Shown: positions 46,007 through 51,955 of the stretch, piece after piece
How the letters are laid out: every line of letters starts with the position of its first letter
Position numbering within the stretch: position 1 is the first letter of the stretch
Assembly (NCBI GenBank): GCA_002104905.1
Contig: MCFE01000623.1
Span: forward strand, 1 to 51,955
From: Basidiobolus meristosporus CBS 931.73
Taxonomy: Eukaryota; Fungi; Basidiobolomycota
DNA: 51,955 nt
Direction of reading: 5' to 3'
Position numbers and translations under genes: made by a program
The notes under the pieces: model-generated
What the model was told of the DNA's origin: nothing
Databases searched by the model: none
The model's input: only the letters and a program-made list of their open reading frames with translations

Positions 46007-48229
46007 TGTTGTAAAAGCTTGTAATTCCACCTAAATACTCAGCTAACTTAGTCACTTAGATCATTACCTTCATATCCTAGGGAATACTGACCAAATTGCT
46101 TGTTGAGATATACTTAAATATTTACCCAAAACATGAAAATTAGATAAGTTGTCCAAACAGCCTCAAACTTTGCACGCATGTTCTTGGGACCTTCCTTAGC
46201 CTATTCTACATGTCTGTCATGCCATGATCATGTACAAGTATAAATACTACTTTTACATTCAATAAATCATTAGGTGAAAACCACATAATCTACATGTCCT
46301 CCCAAATCACTTCCAATATCTCCAAGACTCTTACAACAGTTTATGAGCCCCATGCTGTCACTCTCTGCAGTGTCTACTACTGCTACTACTGGAACTTTTT
46401 CCTCTGCTAAAAAGTTGGATAGATCTAACTATCAAGTGTGGAAGGTGAAGATGAAGATGCTGCTACAAGAAAGAGGCCTTTGGGATATTGTCATGGGAGA
46501 AGAATGCCCTCCTAAAAACATGCAAGAGGAAGCCTCAAAGTACCAGAAGAAAGAACGAAGTGCCTTTAACTGCATTTGCCTCAATGTCAAAGACAAATTG
46601 CTAGTTCAATGCTCAAGAGCAAAAACAGCAAAGAATGCCTGGAAGGCATTAGAAGACACCTACCAGTCCTGTTCAGCTGCTAAGAAAATGTATCTGAGAT
46701 AAAAATTCTTTACTACAAAGATGCAGCCAGGAGGAGAAATGAAAATTTAATTGGAAGAATTAGCCTGCTTCTGGATGAGATGGAATTGGTGGGCATACCA
46801 ACTAATGAGGAGGATGTGATATTGACTATCCTGCGTAGCCTGACAGACAAGTTTCAATGCCTTGAATCAGCCTCAAGGTCCAGAACTGAAGATTTGACCC
46901 TAAATTATGTATATGGAAGGCTCCTGGATGAAGAATTAAGAAAATTAAGCACCAATAAGAAGGAAGAAGAAAATGTGTAAAAGTTTGTATTTCCACCTAA
47001 ATGTTCACCTAACTTAGTTAGAGCATCACCTTTAAATCCTAGAGAATACTGACCAAATTCCTTGTTGGGATTTACTTAGAATATTTTCACCAAAATACCA
47101 GGTACCCAGAACATGAAAATTCTCAAGGTTGCCCAAACAGCCCCAAACTTTGCACACATATTCTTGGGATCTTCCTTAACCTATTCTACATGTTTGTAAT
47201 GCCAAGAACATGTAAAAGTATAAGTACTACTTTTACATTCAATAAATCATTAAGTGAAAACCACATAATCTACTTGTTCTCCCAATCACTTCCAATATCT
47301 CCAAGACTCTTACAGCAAATAGAACACTTGATACATTGGGAGAAGGAACTATCCAAGTAAACCTAAGAAGCAGTTATGGAAGCCATACACTGAGCTTTAA
47401 AGAAGTACTCTATGTACCAGAAAGAGCCAAGAACCTACTATCTGTAAGCAAGGCCACAGCAGAAGGACTCAGTTTCAGCTTTGACAATTCTGGATGCAGG
47501 ACCACTGATCAAAATTGTGCCCATATTGCTTTGGGTATCAGAGATCAGAATCTATACAAGCTGACTTATATTCCACCATTTCTGGAAGCCAATTTAAGTA
47601 ACTCAAATGAAGAGACACTAATGCATTGGCACAGGAGATTTGGACACATCAATATTGATTGTTTGCGCAAAATGATCAAAGATCAGCTAATTTCCAGAGA
47701 AAAATTGATCCCTCAGCTAACTTGGAGCACTGTGAAGCCTGTATATATGGGCAACAAGCCAGAAAACTGCTCAAGAGCTCTGGGTTAGTCAAAACTAAGA
47801 AAAAATTAGATCTAATTCACTCAGATCTGTGTGGACCTATGCAAAATTTATCCTTAGGCAGGATGAAGTATATAATTACTTTTATTAATGATCATACAAG
47901 ATACATGTGGATCAATGTCATGAAGAGAAAGGACAAAGCTCTGTCTAGGTTCAGGGAGTTTAAAGCCATGGTGGAGAGAGAAACTGATGAAGAAATCAAG
48001 AAAATACACTCTGACAATGGTAGAGATTATACCTCAAACTCTTTATCCACTTTTGCAAAATTCATGCAATAAAGCAAGAGACTACTGTACCATATTCCCC
48101 ACAGCAAAATAAAGTAGCAGAATAGGCTAACAGATCAATAATTGACATGGCAAGATCTATGATCCATGATCAAAAATTATCCTATAATTTTTGGGCAGAA
48201 TCATTTGCCACAGCTGAACACCTTTAAAA
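46007..48229 (+). mobile_element. Disrupted Ty1/Copia retrotransposon: 5' LTR, PBS, gag, protease remnant, integrase
   Basis: LTR 46007-46338 and PBS GTTTATGAGCCC 46339-46350. Gag (KLDRSNYQVWKVKMKMLL...LWDIV), GAG-pre-integrase (WHRRFGH...CEAC), integrase (LIHSDLCGP, IHSDNG). Several stops. Confidence 0.92.
46974..47317 (+). mobile_element. LTR copy interrupting gag-pol
   Basis: TGTGTAAAAG...CTCTTACAGCA. No TSD; the zinc knuckle and protease active site appear to be deleted at the junction. Confidence 0.9.
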
Positions 48230-48298
48230 TGTTGTAAGAGTCTTGGAGATGTAGGAAGTGATTGGGGGAACAAGTAGATTATGTGGTTTTCACTAAAT
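48230..48298 (-). mobile_element. 3' end fragment of the LTR, reverse orientation
   Basis: TGTTGTAAGAGTCTTGGAGATGTAGGAAGTGATT... is the reverse complement of the LTR end. Confidence 0.9.
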
Positions 48299-49013
48299 AG
48301 AAGTGGTTTGTTTCCACTAATATCAGTAATGGGGGCTTTGAGGATTTATTACTACTTCTTGCCAAAACCATACCAGGATGCAACCCACCATGTACATGGT
48401 ACAAGTGGGCAACCATCATGCGGCTGGCAACATATGATCCAGAGACTGTCCTGATTCCAGCATGTGTTAACAGTTACATGGCATTCACATCCAAGAATGC
48501 TACCATTACAATGTGTCCAAATTGCCAGGAATCCACCACCATTGAGGGAAAAAATTGCTCACATTCCAGATATATTCCAGTCATACCCCATCTAAGGAAG
48601 CTGATGTAGTTCAACAAATATTGCAAAGCTGTACAGTACTGCACTCAGTATCAATGAAGTGCAAACATATCCAATATATTCAATGGCAAACATTACAAAC
48701 AGCAAAGAAGCAAGGGCTACTTTGAAGGTATGTATGACCATGCCTTAGCCTTAGCACTTGATGGACTCTTATTAAACAAGTACTCTACCAGCAAATCCTG
48801 CTGGCCACTGATTCTCATCAATCTGAATCTGCTGCCCATTTTACAGGATCAGAGCAATAATCTGATAGAAGTCTCACTGATATCTGAGCCTAAATCACCG
48901 TCCAATCTGGATAGCTACCTGTATCCATTACTGCATGAATTTTGGATGCTTTCCATTGAGATATCAGTAAACAGGCATCATGTAAGAGCTCATGCTATTA
49001 TCTGCATTGGATA
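48299..49013 (+). pseudogene. CACTA/En-Spm (Transposase_21-like) transposase fragment
   Basis: CPNCQ...RYIPVIPHLR...LALALDG...SCWPLILINLNLLP...ISEPKSPSNLDSYLYPLLHEF, with stops. Confidence 0.75.
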
Positions 49014-49362
49014 TGTTGTAAGAGTCTTGGAGATATTGGAAGTGATTTGGAGAACAAGTAGATTATGTGGTTTTCACTTAATGATTTATTGAATGTAAAA
49101 GTAGTATTTATACTTTTACCTGGTCTTGGCATTACAAACACGTAGAATAGGTTAAGGAAGATCCCAAGAACATGTGTGCAAAGTTTGGGGCTGTTTGGAC
49201 AACTTTGAGAATTTTCATGTTCTGGGTACCTGGTATTTTGGTGAAAATATTCTAAGTAAATCCCAACAAGGAATTTGGTCAGTATTCTCTAGGATTTGAA
49301 GGTGATGATCTAAGTGACTAAGTTAGGTGAATATTTAGGTGGAAATATGAATTTTTACAACA
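49014..49362 (-). mobile_element. 3' LTR (349 bp) of the minus-strand Copia element
   Basis: TGTTGTAAAA...CTTACAACA on the minus strand, immediately preceded by the polypurine tract GAGTGGGAG (49363-49371) and the pol stop at 49374. Confidence 0.95.
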
Positions 49363-49373
49363 CTCCCACTCAG

Positions 49374-51955
49374 CTAAATGTTCATACTGACTAGTCCTAA
49401 TTTTGACCTAAGATATTCAAACTTGTCTCTAGCTAATGGTTTGGTAAATATGTCTGCAATCATTTCATCTGTAGGACAGTAAACTAAGCTAACTAAGTTA
49501 TTCTCTATAGCTTCTTGTATGAAATGATGTCTAATATCTATGTGCTTGGTTCTAGCATGAAAAGTTGGATTTCTACCTAATTGTATACATCCTTGATTAT
49601 CTTGAAATAAAGTAATAGGCGTTTTTTGACATAGGCCTAAATCTGTAAACAGCTTTCTTAACCACATTGCCTCTCTTGTAGCTTCACAGGCTGCCATATA
49701 CTCTGCCTCTGTGGTGGAAAGTGCTACGGTTGGTTGTTTTCTTGAATTCCATGAAATTGCTCCTTTACAGTAAAGAAAGGTGTATCCTGTGGTGGATCTT
49801 CTGTCTACCAAATTTTGTCCCCAATCAGCATCAGAGTATCCCACAAGATCCTGTTCTGAATCCTTATAAGTGTATCTTAAGCAGATATCAGCAGTTCCTT
49901 TTAGGTATCTCAAAATCCGCTTAACTGCTGCAATATGATCAGATCCATAATTCTGATCATGTTGGCTGACAACTCCCACTGAATATGAGATATCTGGACA
50001 TGTTCCAAGCATGATATACATCAGACTGCCAACCATAGATTGATCAGGAAAGTCAGGGCTTTCAGATGCAACCCAGCTCTCTTGATTTGGTTGAGTTTTG
50101 ACCAAGTTAAGGTTTGTCTCCATTGGGGTAGCTGCCAGTTTACAGTCTTCCATTTTGTACTTCTTTAGTATATCTTGAATATACTTGGATTGGCTTAGGG
50201 TAATAGTCTGGGTACTTCTGTCTATGGAGAACTTAATCCTTAAGTAGTAACTAAGCTCTCCTAGATTGGACATCTTGAACTCCTTAGATAGGCTGGATTT
50301 AGTCTCTTCCAATGTTTCTAGGTTATTGGCGGCTATAATAAGATCATCCACATATAGAGCTAATAGAACTGGATTTGCTCTATCTGGCTTATAGTATATA
50401 CTATAGTCAGCATTACTCCTTTTGAAACTCAAAGATTCCAAATAAGAATCTATCTTGCAATTCCAGGCTCTCGGTGATTGTTTGAGACCATATAGTGACT
50501 TTTTAAGTTTGCAGACCAAATGGGGGTTATCTTGGTCAACAAACCCATCAGGCTGGTCCATATACACGTCCTCATCACGTTCTCCATTCAAAAATGCAGT
50601 TTTTACATCCATTTGATGAATAAAAAACTTATATTTGGCTGCAATAGCCAATATTAGTCTGATGGAATTAAACTTGGCTACCGGTGCAAATGTCTCAGTA
50701 TAGTCAAGTCCTTTTGTTTGAGAGTATCCTTTGGCTACAAGTCTTGCTTTGTATCCTTCAATTGTACCATCAGCCTTGTATTTTGTCTTGAAGACCCATC
50801 TGCATCCAATTAATTTTTGGTTGATTGGTAATTTGACTAAGTTCCAAGTTTGATTTTCCATCAGTGCCTGATATTCCTCAGTCATTGCAGATCTCCAAAA
50901 CTTTGTCTGAGGGCTATTTAGGGCCTCTTTTACAGTCTGGGGTTCATCAATATGGACTGAATAGGCATAGGCTAAGTTTGTACCCTCATTAATATAGTAA
51001 TTTGGGCTATTTCTTGTCCAATTTGATCTCCGGGCATTTGATACTGGAATGATCACTTCTGGGATATTCCTGGGCACTGATTCTGGCTGAGCCATGGTTT
51101 TAGAGTCCTCTGGAGTGAAAAAATTTTCATTGTTTTGCTCTGATTCAATCCTGACAATTGGTGGACTTGAGATCAAATTTTTGTCATCATCTGATGTCAT
51201 TTTTTGTGAAAATTTTGAATTTTCATCAAACAACACATCCCTGGACTTGATCAGCTTCTTTGCTTTGGTATTGTAGAGTCTGTATGCCTTACTCTCATTG
51301 CAGTAGCCCAAAAATATGCATTTTACACTTTTTGGCTCAAATTTTGACTGATTTCCGGCCAATTTTTTGGCATGTGCTGTACACCCAAATATTCTTAGAT
51401 GTTCTGCACTTGGTCTGTATCCATACCATGCTTCAAATGGAGTAGAATCACAAAGTATTCTGTTATAACTCCTATTTTTAAGGTATACAGCAGTGGCAAC
51501 TGATTCCGCCCAAAAATCATAGGATAATTTTTGATCATGGATCATAGATCTTGCCATATCAATTATTGATCTGTTAGCTTGTTCTGCTACTCCATTTTAC
51601 TGTGGGGAGTATGGTACAGTAGTCTCTTGCTTTATCCCATGAATTTTGCAGAAGTGGATGAAGAGTTTTGAGGTATATTCTCCACCATTGTCAGAGCGTA
51701 TTTTCTTGATTTTTTCACCAGTTTCTCTCCCCACCATGGCTTTAAACTCCCTGAACGTAGACAGAGCTTCTTCCTTTCTCTCCATGAAGTAGACCCATGT
51801 GTATCTTGTATAATCATCAATAAAAGTGATTAAATACTTCATCCCGCCTAAGGATAAATTTTGCATAGGTCCACACAGATCTGAGTGAATTAGATCTAAT
51901 TATTTCTTAGTTTTGCTTAACCCAAAGCTCTTGAACGGTTGTCTGGCTTGTTCCC
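49374..51955 (-). mobile_element. Ty1/Copia pol (integrase-RT-RNase H), continues beyond the window, two premature stops
   Basis: LIHSDLCGP, IRSDNGGEY, KARLVAKGYSQ, QMDVKTAFLNG, LYGLKQSPRAW, LYVDD, YSDADWG, EAEY, DNQG, KHIDIRHHF, ADIFTK. TAA stops near 51597 and 51900. Confidence 0.97.

Noticed and set aside
46002-46343. Apparent near-TSD ATTTA/GTTTA suggesting a solo LTR
   Set aside because: The right flank is the PBS followed by gag, so this is a 5' LTR and the match is coincidental.

Overview
Eukaryotic window, most likely an early-diverging fungus (short GT-AG introns; retains APE1-, ZFAND1- and PAS-kinase-type genes). The organism call is inference only. Three CpG-depleted transposon domains (about 1-5.5 kb, 21.1-24.2 kb, 45.5-52 kb) flank two gene-rich blocks. 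The genes encode a PAS/PIM-like kinase, a ubiquitin-AN1 fusion, a Rab7, UreD (frameshifted), a bacterial-type SMI1/KNR4 protein, Sly1, Aurora kinase, galactokinase, ZFAND1/Cuz1, a Pep12-like syntaxin, Nem1, a questin-oxidase-like protein, an APE1/ExoIII endonuclease and several orphan secreted or membrane proteins. Repeats include about 11 copies or fragments of one ~330-350 bp Copia LTR, two Copia internal regions and a CACTA transposase fragment. Two structures stand out. (1) At 1-5050, a head-to-tail chain of non-LTR retroelement pieces with different contents, each ending in the same AATAAA-hairpin-oligo(C) terminus (usually followed by TAA), suggests a trans-mobilised and possibly telomere-seeking family. 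(2) At 24.5-25.2 kb, three regularly spaced 76-bp repeats with unique spacers resolve into three copies of one C/D-box snoRNA (best match LSU rRNA U898, possibly also A876, yeast numbering), one per intron of an unannotated non-coding host gene. Exon structures and alignments were worked out by eye.
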